From contig CAVVMW010000012.1 of NCBI GenBank assembly GCA_963749495.1, positions 448,001 through 512,000 on the forward strand: a stretch of DNA of 64,000 nt, written 5' to 3'. Shown here piece after piece: positions 10,145 to 19,345 of the stretch. The number at the start of each line of letters is the position of its first letter. The stretch's first letter is position 1. The notes under the pieces were generated by a model. The model was not told the DNA's origin, ran no database searches, and worked only from the letters and a program-made list of their open reading frames with translations. Made by a program: the position numbers and the translations under genes. Source of the stretch: an uncultured bacterium. Lineage in GTDB: Bacteria; Verrucomicrobiota; Verrucomicrobiia; Limisphaerales; UBA8199.

Positions 10145-11122
10145 CTACTTCTTGGGCCGTCTTATGCCGAAAAGCCCCCAAAAAATGAGAGAGCCCGCGA
10201 GGATGGCTGATCCGACCCAATAGCCCTGCTTTTTCAGAAAGTTGAGAGCCGTCTCGCTGGTTACTGTTGCAAGCACCAATCCCAGCAACACCCCGAGACC
10301 CGTGACCGCTTTGACAGACCACCTTGAGCTCATGGCCTCCATGCGGTCGCTAAAAGATCTGTCAATGGTGCCCGGCATATCATGTTTTAATGAACCAAGG
10401 TCCGAATTTAAGTTGGAAATGGCGATCTTGATTTCCCCATACTCATTCGTAACGGTCTGGAATTGACCATCAATTATCTGGAGCCTTTGGCCCAAGAGGT
10501 TCCAAGGATAGCCTGATTTTATGAGGTTTTCGAGCAACACTTCTGGCCCTCCATCAATGCGTGAATCTTCCCATTCATGCTCTCGCATTCCTTGTGGGGC
10601 GCCCTTACGCTCGGATCGAACATATCCCATTTTCTCCTGGTAATCGCCTTTATATGGAAGGGCAGGTGTCTCCCCCGGGGTGAGTTTGAAAATAGTAAGG
10701 CGAAACAGTTTTTCTTCTGTCAGGAATCTTCGTTCCTCATTCGACGTATTTGTAATTGTCCAGTTTAAGGTTCCATGATAACCAGCGTCCACTTGTGTTG
10801 TTGGGGCCACAACCCCCTCTCTGGACAAATCTGTTGATGGACTGACGAAAGCATGAAGATCATGTTCAGGATAGATTTTGCGTACGGTCTCGCGACGAAA
10901 ATCAATCGTCTCCAAAGCCGTCAGCGCAACGGAGTGTCCCGGTTGAATCTTAATTCCTTTCTTCTTGCCTCCGAGGGTAAACTCCTTATTGCTGTTTAGA
11001 AATTCCCCGGACAAACCCAGCCGCAGGGCGTAGGAATTCGGTTTTACAGAGGCCGCGTCTCCGTTGACGATAACGGTGCCTAGAAGTCTCTTAAGCTCCA
11101 CGTCATTTAATATGGTGGCCAT
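10145..11122 (-). CDS. dCTP deaminase/dUTPase-fold protein with coiled coil and two C-terminal TM helices
   Basis: IL.D, SY.LRLG, S..LSREG, VDAGYHG.L and Y.G.YQ motifs; hydrophobic VTGLGVLLGLVLATV and YWVGSAILAGSLIFWGLFG; markedly AT-richer than flanks. Confidence 0.75.
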   Translation of the reverse strand: MATILNDVELKRLLGTVIVNGDAASVKPNSYALRLGLSGEFLNSNKEFTLGGKKKGIKIQPGHSVALTALETIDFRRETVRKIYPEHDLHAFVSPSTDLSREGVVAPTTQVDAGYHGTLNWTITNTSNEERRFLTEEKLFRLTIFKLTPGETPALPYKGDYQEKMGYVRSERKGAPQGMREHEWEDSRIDGGPEVLLENLIKSGYPWNLLGQRLQIIDGQFQTVTNEYGEIKIAISNLNSDLGSLKHDMPGTIDRSFSDRMEAMSSRWSVKAVTGLGVLLGLVLATVTSETALNFLKKQGYWVGSAILAGSLIFWGLFGIRRPKK

Positions 11123-11306
11123 AGAATCAGGTTCGCACACGCGATATTGACTTCTCGAAGTTGCCCAATCAAGAATACGCCTCAAGAACATATGCGCCTC
11201 TGTTCACAGGTTATTGGTAGGTTTTTCACCCCCCCGCCCGGTGGCCGACCGGGCAAGCGTACACGCGGCAGCGCTGAGCGGCGGGCCTGGTCAAATTAGG
11301 ACACTG

Positions 11307-11476
11307 CCCCCCCGGGGCCGAACCTTGACATTTCCCATCCTGGTCGCGGATGATGGGCCGCGATGCAAGCGTCCTCGGACAGCAGGCCACCGGACCCGCT
11401 TCGCGCCGGGTGCGCCCCTGCGCCGAGTCTCCGGAGCCCGATAACGGCCTATCATTGGCTGGTGGTCATCCTATAA
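11307..11476 (+). repeat. Orphan duplicate of the promoter and first 37 codons of the MFS gene at 19346
   Basis: Near-identical to 19291-19455; ATG 11363 ends at TAA 11474-11476. Confidence 0.9.
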
Positions 11477-12296
11477 AAAGGGGTCAGCCTCCATCTTGCC
11501 CATTTCTGTTGACACCGTGCCCGCCGGCGCTGGCAGAGTTGCGCCATGCCGCGGCAGTTGCGCATCGAATACCCCGGCGCCATGTACCACCTGATGAGCC
11601 GGGGCAACCGGCGGGAGGACATTTTCCTGGGCGACGTGGACCGGCAGGACTTCTTCAAGACGCTGGCCGAGGCTTGCCAAAAGACCGATTGGCGCGTGCA
11701 TGCGTATCTGGTCAATTACCTGGCCGCGCCAGAGCACCGGCGGCAGTGGATGCGAGCCTGCCTGCCGGCAGGCAGGTGGACCGGCTGCTGGGCGAGCACG
11801 GTCTGCAAGGGGACAGCCCAGCGGCACGGCAGGAATTTGAGCGGCGGATGGAGGCGCGGCGGTTGGAGCCGGGCGATGAGGAAAGTCTAAAGACGTTGCG
11901 TCGCGGCTGGTGCCTGGGCAGCGAGGGCTTCAAGAAGCAAAAGCTGGAGGACATGGAGGGCAAGGTTGCTGCGCACCATTTTGGGGAATTGAGGCTGGAG
12001 ACGGCGCAGGCCAAAGCGGAGCGCATTATCGGTGAGGAACTGGGGCGGCTGGGCTGGCAGGAAACGGACTTAACGTCCCGCCGCAAGCACGACCCGGGCA
12101 AGTTGCAGTTGGCTACACGCCTGCGCCAGGAGACGACACTAACAGTCAAGCAGATTGCGGAGCGCCTTCACTTTGGCACGCCCAAGAGCGCGAGTTTCCG
12201 CCTGCTCATGGCCATGAGGAAACAAACACCCAACGATGCGGCCCAAGATTGTCCGGGAGTTTGAAGTGGCATTGGCAAAATCGAGGCTTGACCCCT
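11476..12296 (+). mobile_element. RAYT/IS200-like (Y1 HUH) transposase element, internally deleted; ORF remnant 11546-12264
   Basis: MPRQLRIEYPGAMYHLMSRGNRREDIF...VHAY start; C-terminal LR.ETTLT..IAERL helix region; bounded by aggggtcagcct / aggcttgacccct. Confidence 0.85.
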
Positions 12297-12392
12297 GCTG
12301 CGACCCATGCTGTGCAACACCCAAGGATCCGGCCCAAGGTTGTCCGGGAGTTTGAAGTGGCATTGGCAAAATAGAGGCTTGACCCCTGCTGC
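12225..12392. repeat. Tandem duplication (period 91 bp) of the RAYT element right end
   Basis: ttgtccgggagtttgaagtggcattggcaaaat.gaggcttgacccctgctgc occurs twice. Confidence 0.9.
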
Positions 12393-12702
12393 TGCTGCTG
12401 GCCAGCAATTGGTAGGCCTCTGCCCGTTGGCCACTTGCGATGCGCCGCCGAAGCTGGTGCAACTCCAGCGTCCGTTCCGGTCGGTGATCGGGGTGATCGA
12501 GGACGCCCAACAGCGCTCCGCCGAAGAACCAGCCCAGGCTCGGTGCAAGCAGAACCGCCAGAATGAGCATGGGCACAAGAAAACCAGTGAACCCGGCGAG
12601 GTTGACGGCCAAATCCCAACCGTCGGGGATTAAATGGCGCAGCCCGACCAACAACACCGGGATCAGGGCCATGGGGAGCAGCCGGCGGTGTCGCAGGTCC
12701 AT
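12388..12702 (-). pseudogene. Membrane protein 5' fragment truncated at the RAYT end
   Basis: Hydrophobic N-terminal helices; the ORF then runs into the duplicated element end. Confidence 0.5.
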
Positions 12703-13029
12703 GGAGCTGCGCGGGTGAGATTGTGCTCGACACCTTCCTGGATTTATGGTAGAGGGAGGACATCACTGAGCAGGAATCAGCATTGGGCCGCCATGGTTTG
12801 CTGGTTTTGTGGCGGTCTTGCTGCGTGGCCGGTTGGTTATGGAAACGGCGGCAGAGATTATGAGATCGGCTTCAGGTGTGGATGCATCAACGATCCACCC
12901 CTTCAGATTCCACACCAACGCTGGGCGCCTGGAGGGGGCAGAGGACGCTTGTGCAGGTCACCCGCGCAGCGGCAATGAAGGAGCGCCGCGTCAAAGGGCA
13001 TATTCCTATCAGTTGATCAACAGCCCCTC

Positions 13030-14619
13030 ATGAAGAAGTATTATTACCTCGACGGCGCCAGCCAAACGGCAGGGCCGCACACCATTGAAGAATTAGACGA
13101 ACTCGCCCGTACCGGGGTCATCAACGCGGACACGATGATTGCGGCCGAGGGCGATCGCGACTGGAAAGCCTTCGGGACCCGCGGCAAAGAAAAGCCAACA
13201 CCAAAGCCCATTTTCGAGATTCTCAAGAAGGCGGCCAACGCCTTCCAGCAGTTTGCCACCGATCCGGTGGGGGGAATGCCCAATGCCTGCAAAGCCCTGG
13301 ACAAGCCCAGTGCCATTGGCGTCGGCATCACGTTTTGCGTGGTCTTTGTGGCCTGTTTTTATGTGTTTGCGCAGGGAATGCCGGCGGGCGGCTCCGAGCC
13401 GTTGCCCAAGCTGAGTATGCTGTTGGCCGCTGCCGTGCCTTTTGTCTGTTTGACCGCCGCCAGTTTTCTCACGCGCAGCGCGTTCCGCGGCACTGGAAAC
13501 CTCGGCAGCGATTGCTTCATCGCCGGTGCGGCGTTGCTGCCGACCGCGTTCCTGCTCGTTCTGATCAGGCTGCTTGGCGCTGGCAACGTTGAAGTGGTTG
13601 AGATATCGTCCGTACTTGTGGGATGTCTGACCATTTTGATGCTCTACACGGGCTGCCACCGCATCTCCGGTCTGACCGAGCGAACCGCTACGTTTGCCGT
13701 ACCGGTGATGCTGATTGCGAGCGCTTGGCTGGGCAAAGTCGTCTATAGGGCTTGGATTCAGCAGAATGTGTGGGGGCTGGCAGCCGCGCACCCCCAATCA
13801 ACTGACGGCGCTGCAAAAGGCAATTTCCTACCGGGAGAAAGCGGTTCTTCGGGATCCTTCGGGGGCGTCTTCGGCAGTCCGTACAGTGTTCAATATAAGG
13901 TGGTTTCCCTCAATGATTCCGCTGCCATCGAGGCAACAGTTAAGGGGCCAGCCGCCAAGTTGGCCGTGATTCTCACGGACCCCAAAGGGGAATCAGAGGC
14001 CAGGATCGTTGAGAAAGACCTTATGATCGCCAACTCTCATACTATCGAAATGTACATGCGCGATCCCCAAGCAGGGACATGGGTTTTGACGCTAAAGACC
14101 GTTGACCCGGAAAACGTTGTCTGGCAAAAAGATATTACGTTCTCGTCGGGTCATTTGACGCTCGCAGACGTGAAATGTGAACTAACCCCGAATAACTGGA
14201 TGGGTCAGTTTAACGGCTATCAGCTTACGGGTATTCAGGTTACCCTGCAAAAGGACGGCAGTCTGCCAGTTGAGTTTACCGATGCATCGCTTGCGCTCGA
14301 TGGGGTAGAATGCAGCGTGACCGCGATGAGAACGGTGTCGGTCGCTCAACGAGTCAACGTGAGTATTGTGGTTTTCCGTTGCCCCCCGACTAAGAAACAG
14401 ATGGATGAATACGACAGACAGAGCGGGTTCAAAGGACTGCCTCCGCTTGAAGCGTTGTTTCGTCCTGGCGAAAGGCATCTAGCGAAAGGAAAGGTATTTT
14501 TTGGCAAAGACAAAGGCCGCAAGTCCTTGGATTTTGAAAAGGAGTTTGTGGTGCCTGGAAATGGCACACAGGCCACTGCAGCACCAAAACGCAGCAGAAA
14601 TTATAACCCCGCAAAATAG
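13030..14619 (+). CDS. GYF_2 (DUF4339) + multi-pass membrane domain + C-terminal soluble domain
   Basis: YYY......GP...EEL..L...G.I..DT.I..EG..DWK GYF_2 motif; about 5 TM helices. Confidence 0.8.
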   Translation: MKKYYYLDGASQTAGPHTIEELDELARTGVINADTMIAAEGDRDWKAFGTRGKEKPTPKPIFEILKKAANAFQQFATDPVGGMPNACKALDKPSAIGVGITFCVVFVACFYVFAQGMPAGGSEPLPKLSMLLAAAVPFVCLTAASFLTRSAFRGTGNLGSDCFIAGAALLPTAFLLVLIRLLGAGNVEVVEISSVLVGCLTILMLYTGCHRISGLTERTATFAVPVMLIASAWLGKVVYRAWIQQNVWGLAAAHPQSTDGAAKGNFLPGESGSSGSFGGVFGSPYSVQYKVVSLNDSAAIEATVKGPAAKLAVILTDPKGESEARIVEKDLMIANSHTIEMYMRDPQAGTWVLTLKTVDPENVVWQKDITFSSGHLTLADVKCELTPNNWMGQFNGYQLTGIQVTLQKDGSLPVEFTDASLALDGVECSVTAMRTVSVAQRVNVSIVVFRCPPTKKQMDEYDRQSGFKGLPPLEALFRPGERHLAKGKVFFGKDKGRKSLDFEKEFVVPGNGTQATAAPKRSRNYNPAK

Positions 14620-14878
14620 ATGGGTGGGGGGCCTTTTGTGATGTGTTCTTATCTTCTAAAGAAGCGATTTTGCCCCCGGTCTGCGATTTCGGTGTACCCC
14701 GAGGTCATGGGGCGGAGCGGGGAGGCCACGGGCCGCGCCGCCATCACCGACCACCACCTCAAGGCGGCACTCACCCGCGCAGCGGCAAGCAACTGACGGC
14801 GCGTCGAAAAGCAATGTCCTATCAGTTACCAGTTCCACTGCTAATGCAGCCCAATCGGTTGTTGATGAACAGCCCCTC

Positions 14879-15667
14879 ATGAAACATTATTATTACATCA
14901 ACGGCGCCAACCAAACGGCAGGCCCGCACACCATTGAAGAACTGAACGAACTCGCCGGTACCGGCGTCATCAAGGCGGACACGATGGTTGCGGCCGAGGG
15001 CGATACCGACTGGAAACCCTTCGGGACCCTCGGCACAGAAAAGCCCCCAAAGCCCATTTTCGAGATTCTCAAGAAGGCGGCCACCGCCTTCCAGCAGTTT
15101 GCCACCGATCCGGTGGGGGGAATGCCCAATGCCTGCAAAGCCCTGGACAAGCCCAGTGCCATTGGCGTCGGCATCACGTTTTGCGTGGTCTTTGTGGCCT
15201 GTTTTTATGTGTTTGCGCAGGGAATGCCGGCGGGCGGCTCCGAGCCGTTGCCCAAGCTGAGTATGCTGTTGGCCGCTGCCGTGCCTTTTGTCTGTTTGAC
15301 CGCCGCGAGCTTTCTCACGCGCAGCGCGTTCCGCGGCACCGGAAATCTCGGGAGCGATTGTTTCATCGCCGGTGCCGCGTTGCTGCCGAGCGCCTTCCTG
15401 CTCGCTCTGATCAGCCTCCTTGGCCTGCGGAACAAGGAAGTAGTCGTGATATCGTACGTGTTTGCGCTTTGTCTGACCATTTTGATGCTGTACACGGGCT
15501 GCCATCGCATCTCCGGTCTGACCGCGCGAACCGCTACGTTTGCCGTGCCGGTGATGCTGATTGCGAGCGGTTGGCTTGTCAAAATCGTCTATACGGCTTG
15601 GATTGAGCCGAGCGTGCCGGGGCTAACTCCCTATATCTACTCCTTTTTTAAAATTGAGGGACTGTAG
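14879..15667 (+). CDS. GYF_2 + multi-pass membrane protein, paralogue of 13030 lacking the C-terminal domain
   Basis: Same N-terminus and TM region as 13030. Confidence 0.8.
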   Translation: MKHYYYINGANQTAGPHTIEELNELAGTGVIKADTMVAAEGDTDWKPFGTLGTEKPPKPIFEILKKAATAFQQFATDPVGGMPNACKALDKPSAIGVGITFCVVFVACFYVFAQGMPAGGSEPLPKLSMLLAAAVPFVCLTAASFLTRSAFRGTGNLGSDCFIAGAALLPSAFLLALISLLGLRNKEVVVISYVFALCLTILMLYTGCHRISGLTARTATFAVPVMLIASGWLVKIVYTAWIEPSVPGLTPYIYSFFKIEGL

Positions 15668-15705
15668 TGTCACGAAACCTCGGATCAACACTTCCGCGTG
15701 GCAAT

Positions 15706-18465
15706 ATGAATCAGCGCATTTACATTCTCGGGGAAGGGCAGGAAGCTGGGCCCTTCACTCAGGAAGAAGTCCAACGGCTTCTAAGTGAAGGCCGTCTTCA
15801 GAGCGACACGCCAGCCAGGTTTGAAGACGGCGCAACATGGGCAACGCTGAATGATTTGCTGGCGCGGATGGAAGCGGTGCCGAACGGCTTGCCCAACCTA
15901 CTCCCGCTGCCTCCACCCCCGCGGTTCAGCCCGGTGCAGGCGCCAACACCCGCAGGCGTGGTTGCCGGCTCCTCGCCAGACCAGATGACCGAAGGGCCAC
16001 CCGCACCACCCGGCATCCCGCCGCCGCCGCCACCCCGTCCACCGCGCTCGAGGTGGGGCTGGGTGAAATGGGCCGTCTTGGCCCTCCTGGGAGCCATTGC
16101 CTATGCCGCTTATCCGTACTACGTGGTTTACTCGCTGGGCCGCGCCATCAAGAACGGCCGGGCTGAGGTGCTTGCCAAACGAATCAACTTTGCGGCCGTG
16201 ACCAGCACGCTTCCCAGCGAGTTGGCTCACCGGCTCAATGTCACAAACCAGAGCAACCTGGAGCCGGTCCCCGCTGTGACCCAGGTGTCCGAACTAGCCT
16301 TTCTCGAGCAAATCGTCCAAGACTATCTCAAGGACGCCGATGGATTGCTCCGGTTGTTGGGCCACGCAGGCTCCACGGTGTCCCTGCCCAGCCGGGTGCG
16401 GGCCGAGGAAGGCCCGCCCACCCCTGGCCCTGCGCCATCGGCGGGGTCGGAGTCGAAAGTAACCGTCACGCGGGCCTCCTGCGGCTATTTAGGCCTCCCT
16501 TTCCCCGCCTCACTTTCGGAGTTCTCCGTGACCTTGAAGGATGTCGCCATCAACTGCGAGTTGGTGACTCCTAACTACTTTCCGGACCAGCCCTGGGAAC
16601 TGCGCCTGGAGGTCCCGCGCCTGCAAGTCGTGCTGCAACTGCGCACGAACACCTGGCAACTCACGCGCCTCCGCCTGCCACAAAGCATCACAGGGCTGGC
16701 TTTCGCCCCCTGGCTCGACCCGGACGAACTGGCTGGCGTCTGGCGCGTCGAGGACAGACTGGAGTTGGACCTCGAGGTCATGCCCGCGGGCAATGGCGAG
16801 CCTCGGCTACCCTCTGGCGCACAGGCCCGTGGGACGCTCTACCGCGCACAGGCCGATGGGAGTCTGACCGCCACAGTGTTTCGCCTCTCGCGCCGCTCTG
16901 CCAACGAGTTGCGCCTTGAGCCTTCACGCGGGCCGGGCCGGATTCGGGCCACGGTAACCAAGAATCGGGACGGCAAATACCTTTTGGCGCTCCCCGACGA
17001 GCAGCCGACACCCATCATCAAAACTAACCTCCTCATGGCGCTCGCCCAACTGGAGGGCATTTGGCAACCTGCCGGCGGAGGTCTCGAAAAACTCGAACTT
17101 TACAGCGATGGCTCCGGCGCATTGCAGGGGACAGCCAAAGCCATAGCGGCCGCGCGCCGCGTCGAATACGAGCTCACCAGCAGCCAGATGTCTGGCCGAA
17201 CCTTGAACCTGGACGTCCGCTCAGGCCTGGGCCAGGCCCCGGCCAAATGGTCCATCGTCATGCGCCCGGATGGGACTTTCTACGTCGCGCCCGGCCCGGC
17301 TAACGAACTGCGGTATTACCGCCTCACCAACCGCCACCCGTTCCCGCCAATCCCTGCCGAGCAATTGGCCGGCAAATGGGAAACAGATGACTTCGATCTC
17401 GTGGAATTCGTGGTGACCGGCAAAGCCCTCGACCGCGCCAGTTTCCACCCGCGCCGCGGCGCCCCACGGCCGATGGGGACGATCACCGCCCGGCCCGCCG
17501 GGCGCAAGGCGATTCCCCTCGACTGGACCTACCTCGCAGCCAAAGGAACAGGCCTGCTTGAACCGCTAGAGGACAACCAATGGCGGCTCAGGCTCGAGTT
17601 GACTGACACCGGGTTGACCGATCACTCTCCCGGCCTGCCAACGCCAGCGGTGCCGCCGCCAGCCCGAAGCCAGACCGCGGCGGACCTCCGGGCCGCGGCT
17701 CAGGCCAAGGCCGCTTTTGAGCGCCGCTATACTGCCGGCCGCGGCACCCTGCCCGCGCCACCCGTTGTTCCGGTTGCTCCACCGCCGGGGCGCGCGGTCC
17801 ATCGACCACAGGCAGAGGGCCCGAGGGAGCTCTTCGCCGACGGCAAGTGGCACCTCTTGCGTCTCTTCGGCACCACCCCCCATGTCCTGAACGTCATTTG
17901 TGAAAACATCCCCGCCGACGCCGACCGCTTGGTTCGGGTCGAGCCCCGTGACAAAGCTGGCAAGAGCGGCGGCCCATCGCCTTTGGAGCTCCGTTATCCC
18001 TACGGCGCCGTGGTCCAACTGACTGCCCCCAAGCCCCCATCAGGCTACAGCTTCGCCGGCTGGACTCAGGACGGCGTGGGCGAGGACCTCGGGACGAACC
18101 AGACGCTGGCGACGGCCTTGGACCAGGACAAGACACTCCGGGCAACGTACCGGGAGGAGGCGCCCCAACGAATCCCGAGCCCCTGGGTGGGGACTTGGGA
18201 GGCTGAGCGCTTCGGAGAGGTCAAGGTCAATGAGCGGGGAACCGTCCTCAACATCTTCTACTATACGACACGGTCAAGAGGCGTTATTCTCCCCAATTCC
18301 AGCCCCGCAAGCGACGACCTGACTGCCAAGTGGAAGGAATTAAACGACATCAAGGGCGACCTGGAACTCACCCTGTCATCTGACCGCAACTCTTTCAAGG
18401 GCCGCTGGCGCTACGCCGGCGCCTCAGAGTGGTCTGACATCTCCGGCCGGCGCACGGCACGGTAG
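15706..18465 (+). CDS. Large GYF_2 protein with Pro-rich linker, TM, DUF2939-like region and InlB-B/Flg_new-like repeat
   Basis: GPFT.EEV...L..G.L..DT....E....W; AYPYY..YSL..AI..G....LA..INF..V; G..VQLTA....GYSFAGW. Confidence 0.7.
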   Translation: MNQRIYILGEGQEAGPFTQEEVQRLLSEGRLQSDTPARFEDGATWATLNDLLARMEAVPNGLPNLLPLPPPPRFSPVQAPTPAGVVAGSSPDQMTEGPPAPPGIPPPPPPRPPRSRWGWVKWAVLALLGAIAYAAYPYYVVYSLGRAIKNGRAEVLAKRINFAAVTSTLPSELAHRLNVTNQSNLEPVPAVTQVSELAFLEQIVQDYLKDADGLLRLLGHAGSTVSLPSRVRAEEGPPTPGPAPSAGSESKVTVTRASCGYLGLPFPASLSEFSVTLKDVAINCELVTPNYFPDQPWELRLEVPRLQVVLQLRTNTWQLTRLRLPQSITGLAFAPWLDPDELAGVWRVEDRLELDLEVMPAGNGEPRLPSGAQARGTLYRAQADGSLTATVFRLSRRSANELRLEPSRGPGRIRATVTKNRDGKYLLALPDEQPTPIIKTNLLMALAQLEGIWQPAGGGLEKLELYSDGSGALQGTAKAIAAARRVEYELTSSQMSGRTLNLDVRSGLGQAPAKWSIVMRPDGTFYVAPGPANELRYYRLTNRHPFPPIPAEQLAGKWETDDFDLVEFVVTGKALDRASFHPRRGAPRPMGTITARPAGRKAIPLDWTYLAAKGTGLLEPLEDNQWRLRLELTDTGLTDHSPGLPTPAVPPPARSQTAADLRAAAQAKAAFERRYTAGRGTLPAPPVVPVAPPPGRAVHRPQAEGPRELFADGKWHLLRLFGTTPHVLNVICENIPADADRLVRVEPRDKAGKSGGPSPLELRYPYGAVVQLTAPKPPSGYSFAGWTQDGVGEDLGTNQTLATALDQDKTLRATYREEAPQRIPSPWVGTWEAERFGEVKVNERGTVLNIFYYTTRSRGVILPNSSPASDDLTAKWKELNDIKGDLELTLSSDRNSFKGRWRYAGASEWSDISGRRTAR

Positions 18466-18565
18466 CCGCGGGCACGCGGCAAGCGTGGGCGCACGGGCCG
18501 GTGGGCCGGCGGCTCAGGGAGTTGCCGGGCGTGATCTCGCCAACATCCACTTATCGGGCTCAAAG

Positions 18566-18725
18566 AAAAGGGGTCAGCCTCCATCTTGCCCATTTCTGTT
18601 GACACCGTGCCGCCGGCGCTGGCAGAGTTGCGCCATGCCGCGGCAGTTGCGCATCGAATACCCCGGCGCCATGTACCACCTGATGAGCCGGGGCAACCGG
18701 CGGGAGGACATTTTCCTGGACGACG
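18566..18725 (+). mobile_element. Second copy of the RAYT left end and first ~30 codons
   Basis: Near-identical to 11476-11636. Confidence 0.9.
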
Positions 18726-19149
18726 AAAAAAAACTATTGACGCAAGGGCCGGTTACGCCGGTGTTCTTGGCTCCTAAACCAAGACCCCTTCACGTGGGCC
18801 CGGCCCGCCTCCCCCTCTATCCGAAGCTCGATTTTACCGAGCTGGTATCGACTTCCACAGTGTCAAACAAAAACCGTGCCCGCAAGAATCCCCCGGTTTT
18901 ACCGGCGCCGTAGCGCGTTGTTGCGGGTCGCGTTGCGGGTCCGACCTCAAAAATCCCCCGGTTCCATGGGCCTTGTTGCGGTGTTGCGGGTCCATACCCC
19001 CCGCACCCTCGACCACCCGGTCAGGAGAACGGCTTCGGCGGAAAAACCCCCAGAAAGGGGTCACCCATAACGTCGTTCATTTCTCTTGACTGGGTGCCTC
19101 ACGAATTATGAACCGAAACGCCCCAGCTTACGGCTTGAGCCCTGTTCTG

Positions 19150-19236
19150 TTCAGCCGTCCCTTCGGGACTTGCTCCCTCTGCAGGCCAGAACCCAACGCT
19201 GAAGCGTTGGGCTATTGTCGAATGTCCCTCCGGGAC
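19150..19236. repeat. REP-like family A half element
   Basis: tcagccgtcccttcgggac...cccaacgctgaagcgttgggctatt...gtccctccgggac. Confidence 0.8.
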
Positions 19237-19307
19237 AAGACTCGCTGGTCACATGTCCAACGCTTTTGATCTTTTTATCTTTTGATCACACCCCCGGGGG
19301 CCGGACC

Positions 19308-19337
19308 TTGACAATCGCCGGCCCTCTCCCGGATGAT
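19308..19337 (+). promoter_or_regulatory. Putative sigma70 promoter of the MFS gene
   Basis: TTGACA-18 bp-GATGAT; both hexamers are conserved in the duplicate at 11325-11354 while the spacer differs. Confidence 0.55.
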
Positions 19338-19345
19338 GGGCCGCG

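Noticed and set aside
13030..15667. Diversity-generating retroelement TR/VR pair
   Set aside because: No reverse transcriptase is present, and the differences are not adenine-specific
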